DNA of 50,278 bases from a virus (Duplodnaviria > Caudoviricetes). Where the stretch lies: positions 1 through 50,278 of the IMG/VR virus record IMGVR_UViG_3300037478_000110; one strand, written 5' to 3'. Of the stretch, positions 25,905 to 34,739 are shown one piece after another. The notes beneath the pieces were generated by a model. It made no database searches. It was not told the origin of the DNA and saw nothing but the letters and a program-made list of their open reading frames with translations. The position numbers and the translations under genes were made by a program. Numbering within the stretch: position 1 is the stretch's first letter; each line of letters begins with the position of its first letter.

Positions 25905-26309
25905 GTGTCGCACGATCCGTACAAAGATGTTGAACAGGAAGGCCCGATGAGTACCGAGGCGATGATCGATGACGCCTGCCGGATGACCGACGAACTGGTC
26001 TCAAACCGAGCGGTTCGTGTCGGCTCAAGGCTGGTGGCATTGGACCAGATCGCTTCGACCTACGGGCTGGGGTTTTCCCGGCTGCAAAGCTTTTTCCATC
26101 CGTCGCGGAGGCCAAAGACATGCGACGGCGGATGGTACGCGAAACTGAGGGGGGCGTATCTGGCGGAGGTCCGACGCGTGGTGTTGAACGCCAAGCATAC
26201 GCTTGAAATCGAAGAACACAAAGGACAGGCGGATGCTGTTACTGCGGGCCTATTGGCTGAGGCTGCGGACCTTCTTGCAAAGGTTCAGGAGAAAGAGAAG
26301 GCACGATGA
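25905..26309 (+). CDS. Putative transcriptional regulator (CII position)
   Basis: HTH-like segment and lambdoid position; alternative start at 25947. Confidence 0.5.
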   Translation: MSHDPYKDVEQEGPMSTEAMIDDACRMTDELVSNRAVRVGSRLVALDQIASTYGLGFSRLQSFFHPSRRPKTCDGGWYAKLRGAYLAEVRRVVLNAKHTLEIEEHKGQADAVTAGLLAEAADLLAKVQEKEKAR

Positions 26310-26644
26310 ATGAGGCGAGCATTCAGGAGCACCCTGACTACGGCTTTGGCTTCTACGACGCCCGCGACGGCGAGCCGCTGTTCGATGACGCCAGCGTTGA
26401 ATACGAGGCGGGCTGGCGGGCCTTCTACAAATGCAGGGACATCATGAAGCGCGCGGGCTTCTCTGACGACGGACATGGCGGGATGACTGCGCACAAGTTC
26501 GAACAGAACGAACACGGTCTGTGGTGCCAAGTCTGCGGTGAGCATATCGCTGCCCCGTGGCATCTGGCGGATGAGGATTTCCAAGCGCCGGACAACTGTC
26601 CGAACTGCGGTTGGCCTGACGAATTTGACCCGGAGTCGGTCTGA
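26306..26644 (+). CDS. Zn-ribbon-containing protein
   Basis: CQVCG...CPNCG. Confidence 0.6.
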   Translation: MNEASIQEHPDYGFGFYDARDGEPLFDDASVEYEAGWRAFYKCRDIMKRAGFSDDGHGGMTAHKFEQNEHGLWCQVCGEHIAAPWHLADEDFQAPDNCPNCGWPDEFDPESV

Positions 26645-26829
26645 TGGAGTGCCCGGACTGCAACGGCGAAGGCCAGCACTCGATCATTGACATTGGTTGC
26701 TGCGGCAATCTGTCGGCTGGTGGCGAGTGTCGCGGCGACTGCGCGATCCCCGTTCAGGGCTACCAGCCGTGCGGGATGTGCGGCGGAACGGGGCGGCTAG
26801 AGGCGTGCCGGGTGCAGGAACATGGGTAG
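26644..26829 (+). CDS. DnaJ-type Zn-finger protein
   Basis: CPDCNGEG...CGMCGGTG. Confidence 0.55.
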   Translation: MECPDCNGEGQHSIIDIGCCGNLSAGGECRGDCAIPVQGYQPCGMCGGTGRLEACRVQEHG

Positions 26830-26982
26830 GTTTTTCGGGCTTCGCTGTTGGTTGCAGTCGTGCCCATGCCTTCCTGAATGGCTTGGACCCGAGCGCGATC
26901 AACTGTGGGCGGTTTGTCAGGACTGCGGCAAGCCGACCGTGTTTCTCAAGGAGGCGTGGGCACCTGCTGAAAGGACGACAAA

Positions 26983-27219
26983 ATGATACCCAGCATCGAA
27001 ACCATCGTCGAGGGCTTGCTCGACGGCACCTATTCCAAGCAACAGGCCATAGCTTGGCTCAATCAGCACGCAGAAGACGCGGGCTATTGCCTGCGGGACC
27101 AGTTTGCCGGGCAGGCCATTGCAGGCCGGATGACCGACTACGGTTCCGCCCGCATGAGTGAAGCGGTGAACGAGGCATATCAGGTCGCCGACGCCATGCT
27201 CAAAGCCCGCGAAGCCTGA
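26983..27219 (+). CDS. Hypothetical phage protein
   Basis: LRDQFAGQA...AYQVADAMLKAR motif. Confidence 0.75.
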   Translation: MIPSIETIVEGLLDGTYSKQQAIAWLNQHAEDAGYCLRDQFAGQAIAGRMTDYGSARMSEAVNEAYQVADAMLKAREA

Positions 27220-27252
27220 CCACCTAACCGGCACAGAGGGAAGCGGGGACAA

Positions 27253-27741
27253 GTGAACCTGCCTGACGGAAAATTCGGAGCGATATTGGCGGACCCTTCG
27301 CGCGCGCTTGATATCGGCAAGGCCGCAGAACACTTGGTCTGCGCTGACCTCATGCTGGCTGGGTATCGCGCATTCCTCAGCGATCAGGGTCTTCCGTACG
27401 ATCTCTTGGTTGACGCTGGGGGACGATTCATCCGCGTCCAGGTCAAGGCAACCTGTTTTCCCAAAAACGCCAACGCACAGGGCCGCTCGCCCAACATGGT
27501 CTATGTGTTTCATGTCCGCAGGCGCGGCAAAGGCGGCAAGGGCGAGCGCCTGAATGTCAGCCATTGCGATGTTGTTGCTTTGGTTGCGCTGGATGCTCGG
27601 GTTGTAGCCTATATGCCAATCGCCTCTGTGGCGCAGACGGTCTCTCTATACCCCGTCGGCTACAAGTTCCCCGGCAAATTCAAACGTAGCCGATATGCGG
27701 CGGTTGACGGCTTCCCGTTCTCGGAGGCTATCAAATGCTGA
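27253..27741 (+). CDS. PD-(D/E)XK endonuclease (group I intron-associated type), free-standing
   Basis: G.AAE.LVCADL...G...PYDLL......RVQVK. Confidence 0.8.
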   Translation: MNLPDGKFGAILADPSRALDIGKAAEHLVCADLMLAGYRAFLSDQGLPYDLLVDAGGRFIRVQVKATCFPKNANAQGRSPNMVYVFHVRRRGKGGKGERLNVSHCDVVALVALDARVVAYMPIASVAQTVSLYPVGYKFPGKFKRSRYAAVDGFPFSEAIKC

Positions 27742-28340
27742 TCGCCGACGGCCCCCTCGCCGGACTCCCCAGAAATCATTTCGGAGTGCTGCTCGCGGAT
27801 CCGCCTTGGTCCTTCAAGTCGTGGTCCGACAAGGGCAAGAACCGGGCGCCGGATGCACTGGTGCGCCAGAAGGGCTTGGCTGAACGCCACTACGCCACGA
27901 TGGACGCCCGAGCGATCATGGACCTGCCGGTGGCCGATCTTGCCGCCAAGGACTGCTGTCTGTTCCTATGGGCTGTCGACTGCATGTTGCCGCAGGCGCT
28001 CGAAGTCGGCGCGGCGTGGGGCTTTACCTACAAGACCGTAGGTTTCACGTGGGGCAAGACCAAGGCGGACGGTGGATTCCACGTCAGTCTCGGCTACTGG
28101 ACCCGAGGCAACCCGGAACAATGCCTGCTGTTCACGCGCGGCGCCCCGAAGCGCAAGAGCGCATCCGTCCGGCAACTGATCATCGCGGGGCGACGCGAGC
28201 ATTCCCGAAAGCCCGAAGAGGCGCGTGACCGGATCGAGCAACTGGTTGACGGCCCGTATCTGGAACTGTTCGCGCGTGACCGGCGTCCATCTTGGTCTGC
28301 ATGGGGACACCAAGTCGACAAGTTCGCGGGGGCGGCATGA
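27735..28340 (+). CDS. MT-A70 family N6-adenine methyltransferase
   Basis: ADPPW; HY.TM; LFLW; WGF.YKT; REHSRKP; LELFAR. Confidence 0.92.
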   Translation: MLIADGPLAGLPRNHFGVLLADPPWSFKSWSDKGKNRAPDALVRQKGLAERHYATMDARAIMDLPVADLAAKDCCLFLWAVDCMLPQALEVGAAWGFTYKTVGFTWGKTKADGGFHVSLGYWTRGNPEQCLLFTRGAPKRKSASVRQLIIAGRREHSRKPEEARDRIEQLVDGPYLELFARDRRPSWSAWGHQVDKFAGAA

Positions 28341-28636
28341 ACCACTACGACCCTCACCTAGACTCCCGCCTTGGCTACGAGGACTTGATAGCCGCAGCAA
28401 GGCGTAGCGGTGTGCGTGGCGGCGGTTTGGAGCCTCTGCCGGGTAATGCCGCTGAACAGGCTCTCGCCCGTCTCGGTGCTTGTGAGCGTGATTTCACCGC
28501 TGCTTCTCGCGCCTATGCACAAAACTCCCTTCTCAGAATCCCACAAGCCGGAGCGGCACGGAAATGGTTTGAGCGAGCATACAAGAATTTGATCCGCGCC
28601 GAGCGGGAACTTGAGCGGGTGGAGCCGCCAGCATGA
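28337..28636 (+). CDS. Hypothetical protein
   Basis: ATGA-coupled at both ends. Confidence 0.55.
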   Translation: MNHYDPHLDSRLGYEDLIAAARRSGVRGGGLEPLPGNAAEQALARLGACERDFTAASRAYAQNSLLRIPQAGAARKWFERAYKNLIRAERELERVEPPA

Positions 28637-28959
28637 AGGCCCGCCGCAACAAATATGGCGCCAAGCGCACCACTGTCGACGGCATCACCTTTGCCAGCGC
28701 GAAGGAATCGAGGCGCTACGAAGAATTGAAGATTCTCCAGCGCGGCGGGCTGATATCCGACCTCAAGATCCAGCCGGTGTTTCCGCTCGTCATCAACGGT
28801 ATTCGCATCGGTCGCTATACCGCAGATTTTGCCTATACCGAGAAGGGCGCGGAAGTGGTGGAAGACGTGAAGAGCCGCCCGACGAAAACCGAAGCGTACT
28901 CGCTGCGCATCCGGGTTTTCAAGGCTTGCTATCCGCATATCGAACTGAGGGAGGTGTAA
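28633..28959 (+). CDS. DUF1064 family PD-(D/E)XK-like protein
   Basis: RNKYGAKRT.VDGITFAS..E.RRY...Y.ADF.Y...VVEDVK. Confidence 0.85.
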   Translation: MKARRNKYGAKRTTVDGITFASAKESRRYEELKILQRGGLISDLKIQPVFPLVINGIRIGRYTADFAYTEKGAEVVEDVKSRPTKTEAYSLRIRVFKACYPHIELREV

Positions 28960-29600
28960 TGCGCTGGACCGAACAAGAAGACCAGATCCTCGCCGACATG
29001 AGGGCCGACAAGCGGTCGTCGAAGGAAATATCCGCCCGCCTGGGCAGGAGCATAGACGCCGTGCTCGATCGCGCCAAGCGCCTGGGTCTGCCCCGCATGG
29101 TCGAGATAAACGACTGGACCGGTGAGATGGTGTCCGAGCTGCGCAAGCTCTGGGCTTACGGAATATCCGCAAGCCGGATAGGCAAGACGCTGGGCGTCAC
29201 CAAGAATGCCGTGGTCGGCAAGGCCCATGCTCTTGGTCTGCCCGGCCGCAAGTCTGGTGGCCGCAAGGGGATGCACGGCAAGGCGGTGAAGGTGCGCGCA
29301 GCAAAGAAGCCGCGCAAGGTAGCGCCACCGGTGGAGCCAGCCCCGTCACCGGTGGAGCCCGTGTTCGAGGACACCTCACAGAACCCGACCATTCTCACCA
29401 TAGGAATGCACCAGTGCCGGTTCCCGCTCTGGGGGCACGATGAGCGCCCGACGATCAATTCGCCGTTCTGCGGCCTTCCTGTGAAGCCGGGCGTTTCGTA
29501 TTGCCCGGCTCATGCCGCCAAGATGTTCGGCAAGCCGGAGCCTCACCCCGGCAAGCCCGCTGACTACCGGCCCCATTCGCTCAGCGAGGCGGCACAATGA
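28959..29600 (+). CDS. gcrA: GcrA cell-cycle regulator homologue with duplicated N-terminal HTH
   Basis: WT.E....LRKLW..G.SAS.I...[16 protein letters not shown]; C-terminal CRFP...FCG....G.SYC..H. Confidence 0.85.
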   Translation: MRWTEQEDQILADMRADKRSSKEISARLGRSIDAVLDRAKRLGLPRMVEINDWTGEMVSELRKLWAYGISASRIGKTLGVTKNAVVGKAHALGLPGRKSGGRKGMHGKAVKVRAAKKPRKVAPPVEPAPSPVEPVFEDTSQNPTILTIGMHQCRFPLWGHDERPTINSPFCGLPVKPGVSYCPAHAAKMFGKPEPHPGKPADYRPHSLSEAAQ

Positions 29601-29839
29601 GCCGGTCAGCAACGAAGTGCCCTGAATGCGGTGGCAAGAGTGAAGTGAAGGACAGCCGGCCAACGGAATCAGGCGATATCCGCCGCCGTCGCGAGTGCGG
29701 CAAATGCGGTGACCGCTGGACCACCTACGAGGTCCATTCAGAGGACTATCGGTCCCGGTCCATTACTGGCGACCTCATTGACGGCTTGGCCAGGATAGGC
29801 CTTGAAGCGCGACGGCTCGCCAAGGAAATGAAACAATGA
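29597..29839 (+). CDS. NrdR-like Zn-ribbon protein lacking the ATP-cone
   Basis: CPECG....V.DSR....IRRRREC..CG.RWTTYE. Confidence 0.8.
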   Translation: MSRSATKCPECGGKSEVKDSRPTESGDIRRRRECGKCGDRWTTYEVHSEDYRSRSITGDLIDGLARIGLEARRLAKEMKQ

Positions 29840-30276
29840 GCATGGACCCGCTTGCCATTCAACTGGTGCGGGCCAAGGCTGCGTCTGACCCGGCCTTTCG
29901 CCGCGCCATGGAAGCACGGCTTCACAATGTCCAAAGAGCGGAACAGTCCGGCGCCCCACTTGTGGAAAAGGCTGTGGAAAAGGCTCCACGGGAAACCTAT
30001 ACCGAGCGCGATTGGCTGTTCGTCAGCCTGAAGAAAACCTTAGCAGATATCGCGACCGAAGTCTGCCTTAAGTATGAGATTTCGCTGACGAAAATGCGCT
30101 GTCCCCGGCGAGATCCGCACCTTGTAAATGCACGGGCCGAATTCTATTGGCGGTCACGGAACGAGACCAACAAGAGCCTACCTCAGATCGGCCGTTTCGC
30201 TCGCCGCGACCACTCCACCGTCCTGAACGGCATTCGCCGATACGACGCGTGTCGCCATCTGGAGGCAGCCGAATAG
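29836..30276 (+). CDS. DnaA C-terminal-like HTH protein
   Basis: [19 protein letters not shown]. Confidence 0.8.
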   Translation: MSMDPLAIQLVRAKAASDPAFRRAMEARLHNVQRAEQSGAPLVEKAVEKAPRETYTERDWLFVSLKKTLADIATEVCLKYEISLTKMRCPRRDPHLVNARAEFYWRSRNETNKSLPQIGRFARRDHSTVLNGIRRYDACRHLEAAE

Positions 30277-30278
30277 CC

Positions 30279-30902
30279 ATGGCCACTCACATCCCATTAG
30301 CTCAAGCCGCCGCCGCAGTGCTCCACAAGGGCGGGAAGTTGGACCCGCGCGTGTTCGGCGCCGTCTCTGATGGCGTGATCCGCGCTAGGGAACACCTATC
30401 CAAGCGCGGGGTGGATCCGATCAAGGCTGAAGCCGATATCAAGCTTGCCAAGAAGCTTCTCTATGCCGGCATGTCGCACCAGTGCGAAAGCCCGATTGAA
30501 CACATCATGCTCGTGGCCCTATGTTTCATGCGCCCGGAGAGGTTCAAGATTTACCCGCTCCCGGTCCATGACCTGAGCGAGCGCGGCTACCTCGCCCATG
30601 CCGATCTGGTGATCATCCCGCAGTTTCCGTTCGCGTGCTTCCGGCTTGATTTCCTGATTGTCGCCCGCAAGCAGGACGGCCCGCAACATTGGCTCGCGGT
30701 CGAGTGCGATGGCGACGAATTCCACAACGCCACGATCCACCAGACCAAGCGCGACTACGTCCGCGACCAATTCTGCAAGAGCATGAACATCACCACGATG
30801 CGTTTTTCCGGATCGAAGATATGGAAAGACCCGCACGGCTGCGGCGAGGAAGTCGCTGGCGCGCTCGACTTTTGGCATGAGTACGGGCGGGGGATCGAGT
30901 GA
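30279..30902 (+). CDS. DUF559/Vsr-like endonuclease
   Basis: ESPIE; FRLDF; VECDG.EFH; RD..RD; RFSGS.I. Confidence 0.8.
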   Translation: MATHIPLAQAAAAVLHKGGKLDPRVFGAVSDGVIRAREHLSKRGVDPIKAEADIKLAKKLLYAGMSHQCESPIEHIMLVALCFMRPERFKIYPLPVHDLSERGYLAHADLVIIPQFPFACFRLDFLIVARKQDGPQHWLAVECDGDEFHNATIHQTKRDYVRDQFCKSMNITTMRFSGSKIWKDPHGCGEEVAGALDFWHEYGRGIE

Positions 30903-31798
30903 GTGCGTCCGCCTCGCCATGGATGAAATTCTACCCGTCCGATTGGCGGGCGGATCAGGCCCTGAGAATGTGCAGTCTTGCAGCTCGGGGCTTGTGGATG
31001 GAGTGCCTCTGCATCATGCACGAGGCAGAACCTTATGGGCACCTGATGGTGAACGGCCACCCCGTGACTGACGATCAACTGGCATTGCTGACGGGCGTCC
31101 CGTCTGACCAGATCGCCGCGATCAAAGGCGAACTGGAAAGGGCGGGGGTCTACTCACGCAATCGCGCAGGGACGCTCTACTCACGGCGGATGACCCGCGA
31201 CCGCAAAAGGGCCAACGTCGGACGCAAGTTTGCAAAAAACAGGTGGAATTCGGCAAATTCGGACGCAGCCGACATTATTGATATTCCACAGCAAAATCCT
31301 CCACCTAATAGCTCCCCCAATGCCCCACCTATTACTCAGAACCCAGAACCCAGCAGAAGTGTAAACACTTCTGATAGCCGTCCGAAAGCCCGCAAGCGGG
31401 TTTCGTACACGGACGAATTTCAAACCTTCTGGGAGGGCTATCCGACCGACGCCAACATGTCGAAAAAGCAAGCCTTCGCCGAATGGCAGCACGTCGACGA
31501 CGAAAGCCGCACCAAGGCGATCAAGTCGCTGCCGGGGTTCAACCGCTACTGCCGAAAAAACCCGGATTACCGCCCGGTCCATGCCTGCCGATATCTGAAA
31601 TACGAACGCTATGACGGACACCTTGAAGGCGCCGAGGAAATGCGCCGAGCACAGAACATGGTAGAGATCCGCAAGGGCACGCCGCCGTTCGAAGCGTGGA
31701 ACGAGTACCGACGCCGCCAGGGCAAGCCTCCGATACCGGGGCAGTCGTGGCAGGTGCCGAGCGAATGGCCGCCCGGTTCATCCGAGCAGGCGGCTTAA
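30899..31798 (+). CDS. Phage replication initiator (O-like)
   Basis: PWMKFYPSDW.AD..LR.CSLAARGLW; C-terminal F..FW..YP...K..A; internal low-complexity linker. Confidence 0.75.
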   Translation: MSASASPWMKFYPSDWRADQALRMCSLAARGLWMECLCIMHEAEPYGHLMVNGHPVTDDQLALLTGVPSDQIAAIKGELERAGVYSRNRAGTLYSRRMTRDRKRANVGRKFAKNRWNSANSDAADIIDIPQQNPPPNSSPNAPPITQNPEPSRSVNTSDSRPKARKRVSYTDEFQTFWEGYPTDANMSKKQAFAEWQHVDDESRTKAIKSLPGFNRYCRKNPDYRPVHACRYLKYERYDGHLEGAEEMRRAQNMVEIRKGTPPFEAWNEYRRRQGKPPIPGQSWQVPSEWPPGSSEQAA

Positions 31799-31828
31799 CC
31801 CCGCCACGGCGGAGCATAGGAGGGCGAT

Positions 31829-32116
31829 ATGGGAAATCACGACGTAGGCCGCGCAATGGCGGCAGCAGCGGAAGGGTTTTGGGCCGGCAACGGGGATGCG
31901 CCGGTCACGAAGGAAAAGGCACTGGCAGTGCTGGACGCGGCGGCGAGTCGGTTCATAGGTGCAGACGCGGAATTCGACGATGAGCTTATCGGTGAAACTC
32001 CGCTGAGCCGCTTGGTCGCCATCGCATTTGACGCAACGGCGGAAGAGTTCGCCGATCTCGAGCTTTGGTACGACGGTCCATATACGCGGTTCAGCGACCG
32101 CTACAGGTTCTGTTAG
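31829..32116 (+). CDS. Hypothetical protein
   Basis: AGGAGG RBS. Confidence 0.6.
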   Translation: MGNHDVGRAMAAAAEGFWAGNGDAPVTKEKALAVLDAAASRFIGADAEFDDELIGETPLSRLVAIAFDATAEEFADLELWYDGPYTRFSDRYRFC

Positions 32117-32138
32117 GGGCGGAGCATAGGAGACCGAG

Positions 32139-32483
32139 ATGGGTGACGCGCCGACTTACAAACTGACTGACGAACAGCGCGCCGTGCTGAACCGTTTTGT
32201 GTCCGACCTTGATGACTTGATCGGGGAATATTCCGGGCAACTTCGGGAAATGGACCTTGCCGACAAAGAGGCGGTCAACTCTTGCGTCATCGGCGCAATC
32301 TGGTCGGCGATGCGGCACGCGAAGGCCAGCGCACGCGATGAGGGCCGCAAGCCGAGTTGGCGGTATTGGGTGGGCGCTTCCAAGCAACTTTGGCGAGCCG
32401 AAGAAGTGCGCGGATCGGTTGTCGCCCGGTATGTGTGGGAATGGATAGAGACAGGGACAGCCGGACTGGAAATCAAGTTATGA
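32139..32483 (+). CDS. Hypothetical protein
   Basis: AGGAG RBS. Confidence 0.6.
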   Translation: MGDAPTYKLTDEQRAVLNRFVSDLDDLIGEYSGQLREMDLADKEAVNSCVIGAIWSAMRHAKASARDEGRKPSWRYWVGASKQLWRAEEVRGSVVARYVWEWIETGTAGLEIKL

Positions 32484-32701
32484 CCTCCCCCACCTCCACC
32501 GGCTTCCGGTTCGGGCTCGGTCTGGTGATCGTGTTCGGGCTCTACGAGGTCGGGATATCGGCTGGGCAGCGATGGCTTGTCCCGGCGCTGAACGAGATGA
32601 TGGTGCATTCAGAACCGAAGGATCAGTCGAGAATATTGAAAGCCGGGTATTTGCCTTTGCGAGTCCCGGCAGAGGCCGTGCAGAAATGGAGGACGGAATG
32701 A
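32480..32701 (+). CDS. Small single-TM protein
   Basis: ATGA-coupled; hydrophobic N-terminus. Confidence 0.5.
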   Translation: MTSPTSTGFRFGLGLVIVFGLYEVGISAGQRWLVPALNEMMVHSEPKDQSRILKAGYLPLRVPAEAVQKWRTE

Positions 32702-32937
32702 GCGACAGGTGGCTATGCGAGGAATGCCGGCATGTCTGCGATGCGGACGATATTCTCCGCGCGCCAAACCCGTTCGACCCCGAAGACACCCTGCATTTCT
32801 GTCCGGACTGCAAACAGCCAAATCAACTGACGAGGACGTGCTGGAAATGCGACAAGCCCGCGTCGAGCGGAACACCGACCAAGACACACGGGTATGTCTG
32901 GGCGTGTCACGAGCACGCGCCGGCCAATGGGGAATAG
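32698..32937 (+). CDS. Multi-Cys Zn-binding protein
   Basis: CEEC, CPDC, CWKC, CHEH. Confidence 0.6.
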   Translation: MSDRWLCEECRHVCDADDILRAPNPFDPEDTLHFCPDCKQPNQLTRTCWKCDKPASSGTPTKTHGYVWACHEHAPANGE

Positions 32938-33466
32938 ACGTTTGACGACTTGGTTTTGCCTCTTGACCCGCCCCCAGCGCGAGTTCGATGCCGAGTTCAT
33001 GCTCGAACGCGCCGGGGTATCCGTGCTGGTCCCGTTCAAGGTTGAGTACCGCAGGCCGAACCGTTTCGTGAAGGCCAAGCGCGAGGTCCGCTACCCACTC
33101 ATGAGGGGCTATGCCTTCGCCGGTTTCGAGACACCAACCCCGCCCTGGTACACGGTGCTGACGACGTTCCGCGACGTGCTCAGGGGCGTCATCGGCCACA
33201 ACGGGGAGCCATATCGGTTTCAACCCGGCGTCATTGCCGCTCTTGCCGAGATGTCCGCCAGCAAGGCGCCGATGCCATGGCGCCGGATGAGGACGCACCA
33301 TGAGTTTGATGTTGGCGACGATGTTACCATCCTTGATGGGCCGTACCAAGACTTTACGGTCAGCGTTGAGGAAATCAGCGGCAAACACGCCCAAGTCCTG
33401 ATCAGCATTTTCGGAGATACCTTCTCGGCGGAAATCGATCTTTGGAGGCTCGCAAAAGCCAGTTGA
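32927..33466 (+). CDS. NusG/RfaH-family antiterminator (late gene activator)
   Basis: NGN (W.CL.T.PQRE, PL..GYAF) and KOW (F.VGD.V.I.DGPY.DF) domains. Confidence 0.88.
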   Translation: MGNRRLTTWFCLLTRPQREFDAEFMLERAGVSVLVPFKVEYRRPNRFVKAKREVRYPLMRGYAFAGFETPTPPWYTVLTTFRDVLRGVIGHNGEPYRFQPGVIAALAEMSASKAPMPWRRMRTHHEFDVGDDVTILDGPYQDFTVSVEEISGKHAQVLISIFGDTFSAEIDLWRLAKAS

Positions 33467-33476
33467 AAGGACAGAC

Positions 33477-34232
33477 ATGGAACTCACCGACACGGAAATT
33501 CTGATCTGGACTGGCTATCAGCCGCGCAAGATGTGGAACCAGGCCGCCGACCGCGAGGCGCTGCTCAGGAGCCTTGCCGGACAAGGCTTGAATCGCACCG
33601 AAGCGGCGGCGGCCATGGGCATCAGCTATCGATACCTGATCGAGCTGGCTTCAAAGCACGGCATCAAGTTTGTCCGCAAGGTGGGGTCCGGCGCGGGACG
33701 GACAACGGACACTGCCCGCGAGGCCGACATGGTGTACCGCTACAAGTCCGGGGAATTCCTGCAAGCCATTGGTGACCGATACGGCGTGACGCGGGAACGG
33801 GTTCGTCAGATCATCAGCAAGGCCGAAGGGCTGACGGGCAAGGACGGCGGACAGTCCGTCAACGCCAAGGTCAGAGCGACAAAGCGCCGTCTCATGGCGG
33901 AACGGCAATGCCGGGAAAAGCGTGGCTGCTCTCTGGCAGAATACAAATCTCTCTGCGACATGGGCAAGGCGATGATGGCGGCCGGCGAGGGCCGGGTCAC
34001 GACGCCCACGTATGCGTTCATCACGCACCGCGCGAACGCACGTCGGTGCGGCGTCGAATGGGATCTGAAACTCTGGGACTGGTGGCAGGTCTGGCAGCGG
34101 TCCGGCCTTTGGAATGAGCGCGGCCGGGGCAAGGGCGCATGGATGCAGCGCAGGGACAAGACGAAGGGCTTTGTTCCGGGCAATGTCTACATCACACGCG
34201 GTGGTGAACACCGTTGTTTCAACCGCAGTTGA
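33477..34232 (+). CDS. Multi-HTH protein (sigma region 4-like) with C-terminal HNH-like nuclease segment
   Basis: IG.RYGVTRERVRQI; W.L...W..VW..SG.W..RGRG...M.R.D..G...GNVYI. Confidence 0.6.
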   Translation: MELTDTEILIWTGYQPRKMWNQAADREALLRSLAGQGLNRTEAAAAMGISYRYLIELASKHGIKFVRKVGSGAGRTTDTAREADMVYRYKSGEFLQAIGDRYGVTRERVRQIISKAEGLTGKDGGQSVNAKVRATKRRLMAERQCREKRGCSLAEYKSLCDMGKAMMAAGEGRVTTPTYAFITHRANARRCGVEWDLKLWDWWQVWQRSGLWNERGRGKGAWMQRRDKTKGFVPGNVYITRGGEHRCFNRS

Positions 34233-34257
34233 CGAATGCCGGCAAATCGCCCATATT
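34229..34257 (+). promoter_or_regulatory. Late promoter (PR'-like)
   Basis: TTGACG-N17-CATATT upstream of the structured leader and tRNAs. Confidence 0.7.
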
Positions 34258-34435
34258 CAGCATCAGGACTATCGGGTGACCCGTCGCCAGCCCGTTTTGC
34301 GGAGCCGAGGCGCGACCCGACCCAGGTGGAGCAAACCGCTTTCACCGCACTGGATTACTACGCCCTGAGCCTGACCGGCCGGGGCGTTTCGATTCAAGGA
34401 CGCAAGCCATGTCATCGTCATCTAGTTCCATCATC

Positions 34436-34523
34436 GGAGGGATGGCTGAGCGGTAAAGCGTCCGCTTGCTAAGCGGTAGCCGGCCGAAAGGTCGCGAGTG
34501 TTCGATCCACTCTCCCTCCGCCA
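34436..34523 (+). tRNA. tRNA-Ser(GCT), canonical 7/5 fold
   Basis: GGAGGGA/TCCCTCC-G-CCA; anticodon loop TT-GCT-AA; long V-arm; GAGTG-TTCGATC-CACTC. Confidence 0.9.
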
Positions 34524-34527
34524 AATT

Positions 34528-34614
34528 GGAGGGTGCCGCTGGGAAGGCTGGCAACTAGTCCCGAAAACTAGGGGAACCGAAAGGTTAGGGGTTCGACTCC
34601 TCCGCCCTCCGCCA
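34528..34614 (+). tRNA. tRNA-Ser(CGA), non-canonical 8/4 fold
   Basis: 8-bp acceptor GGAGGGTG/CGCCCTCC; 4-bp T-stem GGGG/CCTC; CTAGT-CC-CGA-AA-ACTAG; V-arm AACC-GAAA-GGTT; G73, CCA. Confidence 0.8.
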
Positions 34615-34619
34615 ATTCC

Positions 34620-34649
34620 GCCATCTTAGCTCAGCAGGTAGAGCGGCTG
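34620..34649 (+). pseudogene. 5' fragment of a tRNA (Thr-like), truncated at the anticodon arm
   Basis: GCCATCT-TA-GCTC-AGCAGGTA-GAGC-GGCTG, with no anticodon stem partner or T-arm following. Confidence 0.65.
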
Positions 34650-34739
34650 TACATGTCAACACGTCACGGAAATTATTTTTTGGACCATCTCACCACGCCT
34701 GAAGGGCTGTGGCACGAATCCGCATGAGCGCACCCAATA

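Noticed and set aside
25282-26121. 222-aa plus-strand and 240-aa minus-strand ORFs
   Set aside because: No motifs; they overlap hairpin/terminator structures and the cII-like gene; a shorter antisense ORF (MGTVIQFR) cannot be excluded but is unsupported
27298-27803. Self-splicing intron in the methylase
   Set aside because: The segment is coding throughout, and the downstream methylase has its own RBS, start and full DPPW motif
29597-30276. Calling these host nrdR and dnaA, implying bacterial chromosome
   Set aside because: Both are single-domain fragments inside a coupled phage operon
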